A DNA stretch of 34,661 bases from a virus (taxonomy: Duplodnaviria; Caudoviricetes): positions 1 through 34,661 of the IMG/VR virus record IMGVR_UViG_3300050133_000059. One strand, written 5' to 3'. The translations under genes and the position numbers were made by a program. Position 1 is the first letter of the stretch, and each line of letters opens with the position of its first letter. The notes under the pieces were generated by a model. It did no database searches. It saw only the letters and a program-made list of their open reading frames with translations, and was not told where the DNA came from. This document shows, piece after piece, positions 1-8,185 of this stretch.

Positions 1-395
1 CTATCCACAGTCGTTTTTTCTACCGGCACCGCGACGAAATAAATCTGAATACTGGCCGTAGTGCCGTCGGCAGCGGTTGCTGTTACCGTTGACACGCCAG
101 CTGTCGTACTAACAAGGCTCAGCGTGATCTGCCCGTTTGCATCAGTCAGTTCGTTTAACGGGGTGCCGGTCGCGCCATTATCTGCTGCGAAGGTAACCGC
201 GACGCCTGGCTGAACTGCTCCGGCATTATCGGTCAATGTTGCTTGTACTGTATTTGCAGCCGCGCCGTCGGCCAGCTGGCTGGTGACAATGGAAACAAGT
301 GCTAATTTCACGATATTTTCCTTCGGTTGGGATTCAGCCGGTTCGGCTGGGTGGAGATAGATGCTTTTCAGCCATGCAAAAAAACGCTTAATCAT
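1..395 (-). CDS. Bacterial Ig-like (Big_1, invasin/intimin-type) domain protein, runs off the left edge
   Basis: Not in the ORF track; translated by hand from ATG at 395 (AGGAG upstream): MIKRFFAWLKSIYLHPAEPAESQPKENIVKLALVSIVTSQLADGAAANTVQATLTDNAGAVQPGVAVTFAADNGATGTPLNELTDANGQITLSLVSTTAGVSTVTATAADG... The ADG..NTV.AT.TD / V.F / TD.NG / T.AG...VTAT pattern is Big_1-like. Confidence 0.75.
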   Translation of the reverse strand, partial: MIKRFFAWLKSIYLHPAEPAESQPKENIVKLALVSIVTSQLADGAAANTVQATLTDNAGAVQPGVAVTFAADNGATGTPLNELTDANGQITLSLVSTTAGVSTVTATAADGTTASIQIYFVAVPVEKTTVD

Positions 396-449
396 TTCTG
401 TCTGGCTCCTTCGCCCGGTAGTGATAATCCCTTGGATTAGGCCAGCGCT

Positions 450-659
450 TTAATCGACCAGGAATTTTTCAGTGTTATGCGTCAGTTCGCCGGTGAGTAA
501 TTCAGCGCCGGAAGCGTTAACTATCACCACTGCATGTGGGTTGTAATTTTCAGCGAGGAATTTCATCAGCGGTTCTGCGGCTTTCGCAAAGGCTTCATGT
601 GCTTTGCCCACGTCATAATCGCAGCCTAATTTCTGCTCTTCGTTGCTGCTTCCGGTCAT
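450..659 (-). CDS. Small phage hypothetical protein (69 aa) downstream of the lysis cassette
   Basis: Co-oriented ORF starting 2 nt after the spanin stop. Confidence 0.7.
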   Translation of the reverse strand: MTGSSNEEQKLGCDYDVGKAHEAFAKAAEPLMKFLAENYNPHAVVIVNASGAELLTGELTHNTEKFLVD

Positions 660-661
660 GT

Positions 662-1198
662 TTATTTACCTTGTCGGGTCAGTTCGGTTTGCCTGATTCC
701 ATCGAGCTGGTTATTTAACTGGTCAATCGTTGTAAGTAACGGGTCAATCCAGTAAACAGCCTGTCCGTATGTCAGTCTGCAGCCGGTGGAAGTGGTGGCG
801 CTACTTTCTGGAGCAGGCTGGCCGGTATCGGAGTGCATTGCGCTGGCACGTAAACTGTTCGTGTACCCGAGCAGGCGGTCAGCAACAGAAGAATCAACAC
901 ACCTGCCGCTGGCCGGGTCGCTTTTGATAATCGTTCGGTATTCAATTTCTCTCTCCTGGCTCTTTCCGACGATTTGCACCGCGTACAGCTGCGCAGCGCC
1001 AGCAATCTGATTTGCTCGCTGAAAATTAAATGCCTGGGTTGAAATGGTTTCTGACTGGAGCGCGTTATCAGATTGCAGCTGGCTTACCTGCCCTTTTGCC
1101 TCTACGGATTTCCCGTAAAAATGAAACGCCAGAAATATCATCAGTGCAATAAAACCGGCTGCGAATGCAGTTACGGCAACCCGGAGCCAGTTGATCAT
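662..1198 (-). CDS. Rz: i-spanin (Rz-like); its C-terminus appears to run into o-spanin sequence
   Basis: N-terminal TM helix followed by a helical periplasmic region; ATGA overlap with the endolysin stop; overlapping lipoprotein ORF in another frame. Confidence 0.8.
   Translation of the reverse strand: MINWLRVAVTAFAAGFIALMIFLAFHFYGKSVEAKGQVSQLQSDNALQSETISTQAFNFQRANQIAGAAQLYAVQIVGKSQEREIEYRTIIKSDPASGRCVDSSVADRLLGYTNSLRASAMHSDTGQPAPESSATTSTGCRLTYGQAVYWIDPLLTTIDQLNNQLDGIRQTELTRQGK
772..945 (-). CDS. Rz1: o-spanin lipoprotein (Rz1-like), apparently truncated by a frameshift
   Basis: TTG at 945 with AGGAG upstream; signal peptide ending VLILLLLTA-C (lipobox); Pro-rich CTPIPASLLQKVAPPLPP; stops early at TGA 772-774. 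Confidence 0.65.
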   Translation of the reverse strand: MNTERLSKATRPAAGVLILLLLTACSGTRTVYVPAQCTPIPASLLQKVAPPLPPAAD

Positions 1199-1725
1199 TG
1201 TTCAATCCCCCAGCACGTCAGTTCGCTTTCCTGATCGCGCCGGATGACCTGGCCGTAACAGTTATTCGCACGGACATTGCAATCCTTCCCGCCGTCATGC
1301 ACCCAGCGCTTTATCTCAGCGCATGCGCCTGTGCGGTCACCAGCATTTAGTTTCCGGTAAAACGTGGAGGTAAAGCATTTCGAAGGACCGATGTTCCACG
1401 GGCAAAATGACGCAATTCCCACTTTTTGCGGTTCAGTCAAAGGTACGCGAATATTTTTATCCACCCATGCCAGCGCCTTTGCCTGCTCGGCTTTATCGAT
1501 GGCATCACATTGGGTCTGGGTGAGGCGCATACCTCTAAAAACAGGTTTCCCGTTTACTGCTGTGACGCCGCCGCAGATTGTCCATTTACCACCCTGATCC
1601 TGGTAAGCAATCAGGCTGGTTCCCTCTTTTTCTTTTTGAAACTGAGCCATCATGACAGGAGCTGAGGCACCAGCGGCAATCAGCGCCAGCATGGCAGCGC
1701 TGAGCTTAGTTTTCAGGTTCGCCAT
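1195..1725 (-). CDS. SAR endolysin, GH24 lysozyme (phage 21 R-like)
   Basis: Ala/Gly-rich N-terminal SAR segment LSAAMLALIAAGASA; catalytic triad pattern KEG..AYQD.GG.WTIC.G; STFYRKLN and RR..E motifs. Confidence 0.92.
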   Translation of the reverse strand: MANLKTKLSAAMLALIAAGASAPVMMAQFQKEKEGTSLIAYQDQGGKWTICGGVTAVNGKPVFRGMRLTQTQCDAIDKAEQAKALAWVDKNIRVPLTEPQKVGIASFCPWNIGPSKCFTSTFYRKLNAGDRTGACAEIKRWVHDGGKDCNVRANNCYGQVIRRDQESELTCWGIEQ

Positions 1726-2034
1726 TTAGTTGCCTATGTTGTCCATTACGACTTTGACTTCTTCGGCAACCCCAGAAGAACTAACTTCAGAGTTGTCTTT
1801 TCGTCCGGCAAGATAAGAGCGGAGAATTTCAGTACGCTTCTCGTCTTCCAGCTTCTTGGCCTTGAGGGAGCTTCGGTTGTTTAGATATGACGCCAGTGAA
1901 AGCAACGCACCAAATACCGCCAGAATTACGTAAATCCATTGTTCAGTGGTTAGGCCAGCAGCACTAAAAATAGCCGTGACAGTAGCCCAAAAGTGCGTCC
2001 AGAATCCGTCGCTGTTGTTTGGGTTCATTTTCAT
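1726..2034 (-). CDS. Holin with Met-Lys-Met dual start
   Basis: 102 aa, two hydrophobic segments, charged C-terminal tail, directly upstream of the endolysin; starts MKM. Confidence 0.8.
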   Translation of the reverse strand: MKMNPNNSDGFWTHFWATVTAIFSAAGLTTEQWIYVILAVFGALLSLASYLNNRSSLKAKKLEDEKRTEILRSYLAGRKDNSEVSSSGVAEEVKVVMDNIGN

Positions 2035-2117
2035 GGTCTCGCCCTCCGGTTAGCCGGGTGGGTGCGTAGTCGTGGAAATAAAAAAGGCCACGCGAATGCG
2101 CAGCCCTGAAAAACGAC

Positions 2118-2139
2118 AAAACCCGCACTTGGGCGGGTT
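2118..2139 (-). terminator. Intrinsic terminator (tR'-like) between Q and the holin
   Basis: Minus strand AACCCGC-CCAAGT-GCGGGTT-TT; a second, weaker hairpin with a U-tract at about 2080-2106. Confidence 0.7.
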
Positions 2140-2173
2140 CATACAATTTTGACAAGATATCAAATTAGCCTTA

Positions 2174-2202
2174 AATATCGCTCAATTTGTTCGGTTTTGC
2201 AA
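2174..2202 (-). promoter_or_regulatory. Putative late promoter pR'
   Basis: TTGCAA-17 nt-GATATT immediately after the Q stop and upstream of the terminator; the -10 is weak. Confidence 0.45.
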
Positions 2203-2205
2203 GAA

Positions 2206-2880
2206 CTACTCGATAACTTCTTCGAAAACGCTTCTTTCTTTACAGTTCAACACCTGAATTAGTGAATCGCTATCCAGCTCTGAAACAGCCAATTTAAGCC
2301 CCTTCCAGTGCGGACTGTAGACCTCGCACCAGGTTGAGCGGGAGATCTCCATCAGGGTTGCGAGCGCCGCGCCAGCGTACTCCTTGTAAGACTCGTTTTT
2401 ATTCTTCGCGGCCACATCCTGAACCGCCAGCCAAACCAAGGAGATCAGTCGCTTTTTGGTTTTCGCAAGCAGCCCGGCGGGAAGGTTATTCTGATACGCC
2501 AGCCAAACGGCCTCACAGATGTTTTTCTGATGTTCAAATTTTAGGTCAAATCCGTAGCAATATCTGATCCATGAATTCTGGTACGCCGGTAACGCGTTCA
2601 CAGCACGGCGCCAGGCACAGGATGCAAACTCGAATTCCTTCATCGGCGGCGCTGGCCTGCGGCGGCTGCGAGTCTCGAGCGCGTATGTCGGAGAACGCTC
2701 AGAGCGAACCTGCTTATAACCCTCGAGCTGAACTTTATGAATGTGCTGGCGCGGGTAGTGATTTTTATCAGCCGGGGGATGTTCACTGAACGCCTCGAGC
2801 TGCCCTTTCGTTCCCCCTGAGAGATCCATTAATGCCGTGGTAAGTTCGATTCGCGCATATTGCAGCAGCTGCGTATTCAT
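2206..2880 (-). CDS. Q: Late antitermination protein Q (phage 82 Q-like)
   Basis: DLSGGTKGQL, EF.S.AWRRAV, W..YCYGFDL.F..Q, LVWLA.QD and S.STW...Y motifs; located just before the lysis genes. Confidence 0.9.
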   Translation of the reverse strand: MNTQLLQYARIELTTALMDLSGGTKGQLEAFSEHPPADKNHYPRQHIHKVQLEGYKQVRSERSPTYALETRSRRRPAPPMKEFEFASCAWRRAVNALPAYQNSWIRYCYGFDLKFEHQKNICEAVWLAYQNNLPAGLLAKTKKRLISLVWLAVQDVAAKNKNESYKEYAGAALATLMEISRSTWCEVYSPHWKGLKLAVSELDSDSLIQVLNCKERSVFEEVIE

Positions 2881-3167
2881 TTAATGATCCCCTCATCTCT
2901 CAAAATCTGCTGTGTGCGCATTACGCCCTCGGCGTGCCAGAGACGCAAAGTATCGTAATCCAAATCTGACTTTGTTCGCCCGTCGCAGATGTCGTGGCAT
3001 GCACTGCACGCCCACGCAGCCTGTTCATCGTGTGGCTTGCAGCCGGTACCGCACGTTCCGGCCAGGCGGTAATGCGCCAGCACCGTGGTTTCGGGGTTTC
3101 CGTTGCATACGCCAATAATTCGGATCTGGCATTCGCGCCCGCGCGCCGCTTTGGTTAATTTGCTCAT
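2877..3167 (-). CDS. DUF1364/YbcO-like putative nuclease
   Basis: KAARGRECQIRI.GVCNGNPET.VLAH.RL.G.CGTG.KP and ACSACHD closely resemble E. coli YbcO. Confidence 0.85.
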   Translation of the reverse strand: MSKLTKAARGRECQIRIIGVCNGNPETTVLAHYRLAGTCGTGCKPHDEQAAWACSACHDICDGRTKSDLDYDTLRLWHAEGVMRTQQILRDEGIIK

Positions 3168-3760
3168 GCGGCATAGCTCATTAGCTGGCTTGCAGCATTC
3201 TCGGCGGCTTCGGGGGTGCTGAAGGTTTTATTGAGGATCCACGTCCAGAGGGTATTCAGCGTGGCTTTATAGAGTTCTGCGAATTCCGTCTCGTCCATTT
3301 TTGCGAATGAAATCGAGACAGGTTCTTTCGCAGTCACGCCGTTCGGCATCACCAGTTCGGTGTAATACCCCGATTCAATGGTGGTCCAGCGACGGAAGGC
3401 GTCAAAGGATTTGATTAGCGTCACCCGATCGGCACGTTGTGCGCGAACTTTGTTGAGGTATCCGATAGCTAGAGAATTGAGCGTTTCGCCATGCCCCGCG
3501 AATTCAGCCAGATGGAGAACGTAACCGCGAATAAGGGATTTCTCTTCCGGTGATATAGCGCCGCCGGTCGGTGTCCAATATTCAAAACCCAGATTGAGGA
3601 GGGAGAAGTAAAGGCGGTGAAATTTTGGGTTGCGTGATTTTTTAAACTCAGACGTGAGCACATCACCGAGTTTGATTTTTGAATGCACGAAATCTCTGGT
3701 ATCCGGATTGGCGGGTATCAGAGTGTCGTTGGATGCTTTGATAAATGCTAATTGCGCCAT
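3164..3760 (-). CDS. DUF1367 family nin-region protein
   Basis: RNPKFHR..FSLLNLGFEYWTPTGGAIS, KSFDAFR.W and P.SISFAKMDE.EF..LY motifs. Confidence 0.85.
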   Translation of the reverse strand: MAQLAFIKASNDTLIPANPDTRDFVHSKIKLGDVLTSEFKKSRNPKFHRLYFSLLNLGFEYWTPTGGAISPEEKSLIRGYVLHLAEFAGHGETLNSLAIGYLNKVRAQRADRVTLIKSFDAFRRWTTIESGYYTELVMPNGVTAKEPVSISFAKMDETEFAELYKATLNTLWTWILNKTFSTPEAAENAASQLMSYAA

Positions 3761-3853
3761 TTCTCACCTCTTCGCGAGTAATGGCACAGCAGAAAACGGG
3801 GCGTCAGTTGTTCAGGCCGACTATAGGATTATACCGTGACTGATTGATTTTGG

Positions 3854-4048
3854 TTAATCATTTTCAGGAGGAATTACCTGGTATCCTGCAAACTCGGCAA
3901 TCTCTAAAAATGCCTGTAGGGATTGAACGTGCTGATCATCTCTGAGTATTTCTGCGTCGGCAATATCACCACCGGTCATCTGAAGGAGCACTCGTCCACT
4001 TTCGGGGAGAGTGAATTTAACTCCATTGATTATCAAGTGATTTATCAT
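3854..4048 (-). CDS. 64-aa SOS-controlled protein, candidate antirepressor
   Basis: GAGG RBS; first ORF downstream of a promoter overlapped by a LexA box. Function is inferred from context only. Confidence 0.7.
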   Translation of the reverse strand: MINHLIINGVKFTLPESGRVLLQMTGGDIADAEILRDDQHVQSLQAFLEIAEFAGYQVIPPEND

Positions 4049-4150
4049 CGCTACCTCTTTTTTAAGACATTCCAGGTCCCGAGGTAACCATATCTGTGCA
4101 GGATGTAACCAACACGGATCGGCTTTCTGAGTGTCAGGGCCAGCAATCGA

Positions 4151-4193
4151 TACTGTATATAAACACAGTAATTTTTAAGGACTCTTTTTTCAA
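4151..4193 (-). promoter_or_regulatory. sigma70 promoter overlapped by a LexA (SOS) box
   Basis: SOS box TACTGTATATAAACACAGTA at 4151-4170 (near consensus); minus strand TTGAAA (4193-4188)-17 nt-TACTGT (4170-4165). Confidence 0.85.
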
Positions 4194-4327
4194 GTTTAAT
4201 TTGGTTTTTGACGCGCAAAAATTAAGAAAAGGCTATTGGATTGATGGCCTTTTTATGGTCTGTTACTCACAGTTTCTGCGATGTGAGCGATGCTGCGCTT
4301 ATTAGCGATCTTTCGCGGGTTTAACCC

Positions 4328-4552
4328 TCACACACCTTCCTTCACGATGACTCCAGCGGCCAACTTTTCGATTGGCTCGATGGTGTCCAGCAGCAACCTC
4401 GCTCGTCCATGCCCGCCGCAGCGCTGTCCAGTATCCCGGTAGTAAAATTCTTTCGGAGTGGCGACCCATGCAGTTGCGCTCATATGCAATTTGACGCGTT
4501 TCTCGCCGTCAGCACGGACGACGATCCCGGTATGTGTTTTTGGCTTAGCCAT
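4328..4552 (-). CDS. Phage hypothetical protein (74 aa)
   Basis: TAATG stop/start overlap with the methyltransferase gene. Confidence 0.75.
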   Translation of the reverse strand: MAKPKTHTGIVVRADGEKRVKLHMSATAWVATPKEFYYRDTGQRCGGHGRARLLLDTIEPIEKLAAGVIVKEGV

Positions 4553-6591
4553 TATTGAAACTCTCCATTTCGTAATACATTCGCTTTTACCAGTACCATA
4601 GCCTCAGGCGGGCAGACTGAATTTCCGCACCGGGCCACCTGATCCTTTTGAGATATAGCCTCACCGTCCGGACCTCGGTCGATGATGTAATCCGGCGGGA
4701 AGCCTTGAGCGTTATAAAGCTCCCGCGGTGTTAGCATGCGCATACCTATATCAACGATCTGATAATCGACACCTTCAACCGTGACCAGGCCGAACCGGTC
4801 ATTCGTTGTGACCGTGTGCAGGGATTCATCAAGGCTGATGCCGTCTTTCTCATTGCCGTAATATTTCAGCAGGAAAGCGCGAACCTCGCCGATGTGCAGG
4901 CCGCCAGCGGTGATTGTCGGTGCAGGCTCAGTGACGGGCTGGCCGTCTTTGCAAGTGCCGCGCAGCTTGACCAGGTTGGATGTAACCAGGGCGTGGTGGT
5001 CGGTGGTGGTAACTGTGTGCGCTGGCGCATCTATCGCTGCGCCAGCACCGGTGTAGTTGCCTCCGAAATGTTTCGCAAGAAACGTGGTGACTAACTGGCT
5101 TTTTCCGCCGCCGCCTGAGGTGATAGTGCCGTTAGGTTCCCCAACTGCATGACCTACGCTGTTCCCGAACTGGCGAGCAATGACCGGAGCCACCAGAAGG
5201 TGTTCAGCTTTACTCGTTACAGTGGTCAGGGGCTTGCCCGCGTCATAGGCCATGCGGTCGCCGCCAAAACCGGTCTGTCCGATTCGGGCAATGATCGGCG
5301 CAACGAGTGCATGCTTTCCACCACCAGCAACTACGGTGCCCAAAGGTTTTTGAATATCCAATGCGCGCGGGGCCTGACCAACTCGCTCTCCGTAACCTGT
5401 TCGAACCAGCGACGGGCTGACAACGGCGTAGCCATGGGTTTGGGTGACCGTCTGAAGAGGTTCGTCCAACGGCTGGCCGCGAAAGCAGTTGTAAACCGAT
5501 TTGGTGCTGGTGTGATTGCACTTCACGATAAACGGTGTCGGGTTGTCGATCACGAAACGCTGAATGCCGCGGGCAATACGTTTCAGCGTATTTTCTGCCA
5601 GCGGTTTTTTTCGCTCGAAAATGCTCGGGCACGGGATTGACCAGTCGATGCATTCAGCAGCTGTGCGCCAGGGTTTAAGATTTCCTGCCGCGAACCCGGC
5701 GGATTTCGGGTCTCCATATTCTGCCTCAGGCCAAACCACAGAGTGACCATCAGCGCGGGCAATGACGTACAGGCGTTTCCTGATAGTTGGAGCCCCAGAC
5801 ATATAGGCTTTGCGCTCACGGTAATCGACGTTGTACCCCAGCCCGCCAATCAGCTGCGTAGCTTCGGGGCCGTCAATATCGATTTTTAAAAATTCACAAC
5901 ACTCAGCGAGAGCCGGGTGATCGGCCCGAATACCTGCGCCCAGCATGCTGATGAATGCCTGAAATGTCTCCCCCTTGCGTTCAGGGTCAGGGAAGGCTTT
6001 TCCATCACGATAAATAAGCGGGCCCCATGTTTTGAATTCTTCGACGTTTTCCAACATCAAGACTTTGGGGTGCGTAGCAAGTGCCCAGCGGATAACAACC
6101 CATGCAAGGCCGCGCACCTCTTTTTTAACTGGTGTGCTGCCTTTTGCTTTTGAAAAATGGCGACAATCTGGAGAAAACCATCCAAGGAGAACGGGCAGGC
6201 CGCCGGTAGACACGACAGGATCCACACTGAAAATATCCTCAGGGTAGTGAAGCGTCTCAGGATGGTTCATCTTGTGCATTGCCATGGCCGCTTTGTTGTG
6301 GTTCATCGCTATATGGGGCGCATAACCCAAAGCTTGCTTGATGCCCTCGCAACTACCACCGCCGCCAGCAAACCCAACCACTACCAGCCCGTCCTGAATA
6401 TCAGGATGCGCATCGATGATCGCCTGGCGTCGCGCCCATTGGTGGGCAGTTTTTTGAATATCAGCAGGTTTGAACCGGTTTAAAAACATGCGGTTCATTT
6501 TTGCCAGTAAAATTTGCTGCTGTTCGCCTGTCATTGAATGCACAGGAAAAACCGACGATGCACAATGCATCACTTCAGTAGGCCAGATCAT
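4552..6591 (-). CDS. C5-cytosine DNA methyltransferase (orphan), 679 aa, with a repeat-rich variable region
   Basis: Motif I FAGGGG, motif IV SPDC, motif VI ENV, motif VIII R.R, and C-terminal RML.PREL..AQGFP / GNSV. Start taken at MIWP (6591) because of the ATGA overlap with the upstream stop. Confidence 0.92.
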   Translation of the reverse strand: MIWPTEVMHCASSVFPVHSMTGEQQQILLAKMNRMFLNRFKPADIQKTAHQWARRQAIIDAHPDIQDGLVVVGFAGGGGSCEGIKQALGYAPHIAMNHNKAAMAMHKMNHPETLHYPEDIFSVDPVVSTGGLPVLLGWFSPDCRHFSKAKGSTPVKKEVRGLAWVVIRWALATHPKVLMLENVEEFKTWGPLIYRDGKAFPDPERKGETFQAFISMLGAGIRADHPALAECCEFLKIDIDGPEATQLIGGLGYNVDYRERKAYMSGAPTIRKRLYVIARADGHSVVWPEAEYGDPKSAGFAAGNLKPWRTAAECIDWSIPCPSIFERKKPLAENTLKRIARGIQRFVIDNPTPFIVKCNHTSTKSVYNCFRGQPLDEPLQTVTQTHGYAVVSPSLVRTGYGERVGQAPRALDIQKPLGTVVAGGGKHALVAPIIARIGQTGFGGDRMAYDAGKPLTTVTSKAEHLLVAPVIARQFGNSVGHAVGEPNGTITSGGGGKSQLVTTFLAKHFGGNYTGAGAAIDAPAHTVTTTDHHALVTSNLVKLRGTCKDGQPVTEPAPTITAGGLHIGEVRAFLLKYYGNEKDGISLDESLHTVTTNDRFGLVTVEGVDYQIVDIGMRMLTPRELYNAQGFPPDYIIDRGPDGEAISQKDQVARCGNSVCPPEAMVLVKANVLRNGEFQ

Positions 6592-6770
6592 CGGCGTTCT
6601 CCCTGCTCTGAATTTTTCTGACCGGTAACCTGCTCCCAAGCCTTATCCATAAACTCACGGCTGAAATCCATTTCAGGTGCCTGAACGAAAGCGATATACG
6701 CTTCTTCCTGGCAGTTGGTGCAGTACCCGGACCGAATAGCACAACCGCAGTTTTCGCAGTGTTTGCTCAT
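6588..6770 (-). CDS. Small zinc-ribbon protein (60 aa)
   Basis: MSKHCENCG...GYCTNC has two CxxC motifs; ATGA overlaps on both sides. Confidence 0.75.
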   Translation of the reverse strand: MSKHCENCGCAIRSGYCTNCQEEAYIAFVQAPEMDFSREFMDKAWEQVTGQKNSEQGERR

Positions 6771-7261
6771 GGAGCCTCCGGTTTCGGGGCGGCGGCAACC
6801 ATGGCGGCCCAGCACAATTTCGCGCGATGAGCAGCCTGACTGCATCCGCTCATGGCTTTGTACTCTTCCCATACATCACTTGGGCTGAAGAACTTATCAG
6901 GCTCGGATTCAAAGCCATTCACGACCATATGTTCTGTCGGCTCAATCGGAACAAGTGCATAACCTTCAGGAATTACTGATGCACTTTCCCCCCCACGTGC
7001 CTGAGAGAAGTAGCCGAGGCCTGAATCGGTAAAACTGATCCGGACCTTTTCAGGGTCTCCCTTTTTGACTTCGCCGCCGGAAAAGCAAGCAACAAAACCA
7101 GTCCCATATTTTTCTGCATCTTCCTGTGCATTAAGGACCATTACCGCCAGTTCAATTGCCTGCAGGTAGTTTTCCTGCGAGATCGTTATGTCGCCGTTGG
7201 CGGCTTTACCTTTCAGAAATTCGAGCAGCTCCTGTGCTTTCTCAAGGGTTAGCTTTTTCAT
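6767..7261 (-). CDS. Accessory early protein (Eaa-like C-terminus), 164 aa
   Basis: Start MKKLTL at an ATGA overlap; IPEGYALVP.EPT..M and W.AM.AAAP motifs are typical of lambdoid accessory proteins. Confidence 0.7.
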   Translation of the reverse strand: MKKLTLEKAQELLEFLKGKAANGDITISQENYLQAIELAVMVLNAQEDAEKYGTGFVACFSGGEVKKGDPEKVRISFTDSGLGYFSQARGGESASVIPEGYALVPIEPTEHMVVNGFESEPDKFFSPSDVWEEYKAMSGCSQAAHRAKLCWAAMVAAAPKPEAP

Positions 7262-7680
7262 GCTTTGCTCTCCGCTGCCAAGTGACGCATGATTTCGGAT
7301 TCGGTCGGCAAAGGCGCTCCCGCGCACTTCATGAAGAGTGACTTGCGGGCCGGAGTGCCGCGCTTGAGCAGATGGTTTACGGAGTCTTCAGACATGCAGA
7401 GTGCTCGAGCAATTTCCCGATCGGTTTTCCCTGAGAGGTGGAGCTGATAGATCCCCATCGTGACCCGTTTCCCGTAGGAAATTCGGTTGCCGATTTTCAC
7501 AACCACACCGCTTGCTTTAGCGGCTTCGGTAACCGGTACCGGTTTAACTGCAGGGGTTGCAGGTACGCGGCTGCGTGCCCGCGCGGCGCAATTCCAGCGG
7601 TCGATGAATGTTGCTGTGTAATCGCAACCGTCATCCTGCAGCGGACGAACTTCCTGAATCAGATTGTTGGTATCAGACAT
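7258..7680 (-). CDS. Hypothetical protein with a C-terminal HTH-like segment (140 aa)
   Basis: LHLSGKTDREIARALCMSEDSVNHLL; overlaps the upstream gene by 8 nt. Confidence 0.7.
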   Translation of the reverse strand: MSDTNNLIQEVRPLQDDGCDYTATFIDRWNCAARARSRVPATPAVKPVPVTEAAKASGVVVKIGNRISYGKRVTMGIYQLHLSGKTDREIARALCMSEDSVNHLLKRGTPARKSLFMKCAGAPLPTESEIMRHLAAESKA

Positions 7681-8167
7681 GGCGCACCGCCTGGGCATTT
7701 TGGCGCTGTAGGGAACGAATTGTGGTGCGGAGTTTTTTCAGCCGTTTGGCGTTGGCTTCATGCTTGCGGATCTGTTTGGTCAGATATTCAGGCGTCGGGA
7801 TATTTAGCGTTAGGAAATCATCAGCTCCCCAGATTACCTTCGGTAGCTCGGTGGTTTCTGTAGCTGGTTGCTCAGCGACTGGTGCCGGTATCACTTCAGC
7901 TTTACTGGCACTGGCCATTTTCACCAGACGAGGTTTGGCCGATTTTTTGGTTTTTGCTGGCGCAGCTGTTTCAGGAGAATAATCACGGCCTTTCTCGGTG
8001 ATTGAGTAAAACCCATTCAGACATATCACATTTCCAGTTTTGACCTGGTTATTCAGCATCGCCACTGCGATCCCTGGTTCCAGCCCCAGAGAATCCGCAA
8101 CGAGCAGAGCTGTTGCCTTCCCTGTTTCCTGCAGTTCATTCAGTATTTTTTCAACGGTCGTGCTCAT
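7673..8167 (-). CDS. Hypothetical protein, N-terminal winged-helix-like region and C-terminal coiled coil
   Basis: 164 aa; starts at the GAGGTATGACCAATG motif. Confidence 0.75.
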   Translation of the reverse strand: MSTTVEKILNELQETGKATALLVADSLGLEPGIAVAMLNNQVKTGNVICLNGFYSITEKGRDYSPETAAPAKTKKSAKPRLVKMASASKAEVIPAPVAEQPATETTELPKVIWGADDFLTLNIPTPEYLTKQIRKHEANAKRLKKLRTTIRSLQRQNAQAVRHV

Positions 8168-8185
8168 TGGTCATACCTCGCTAAT

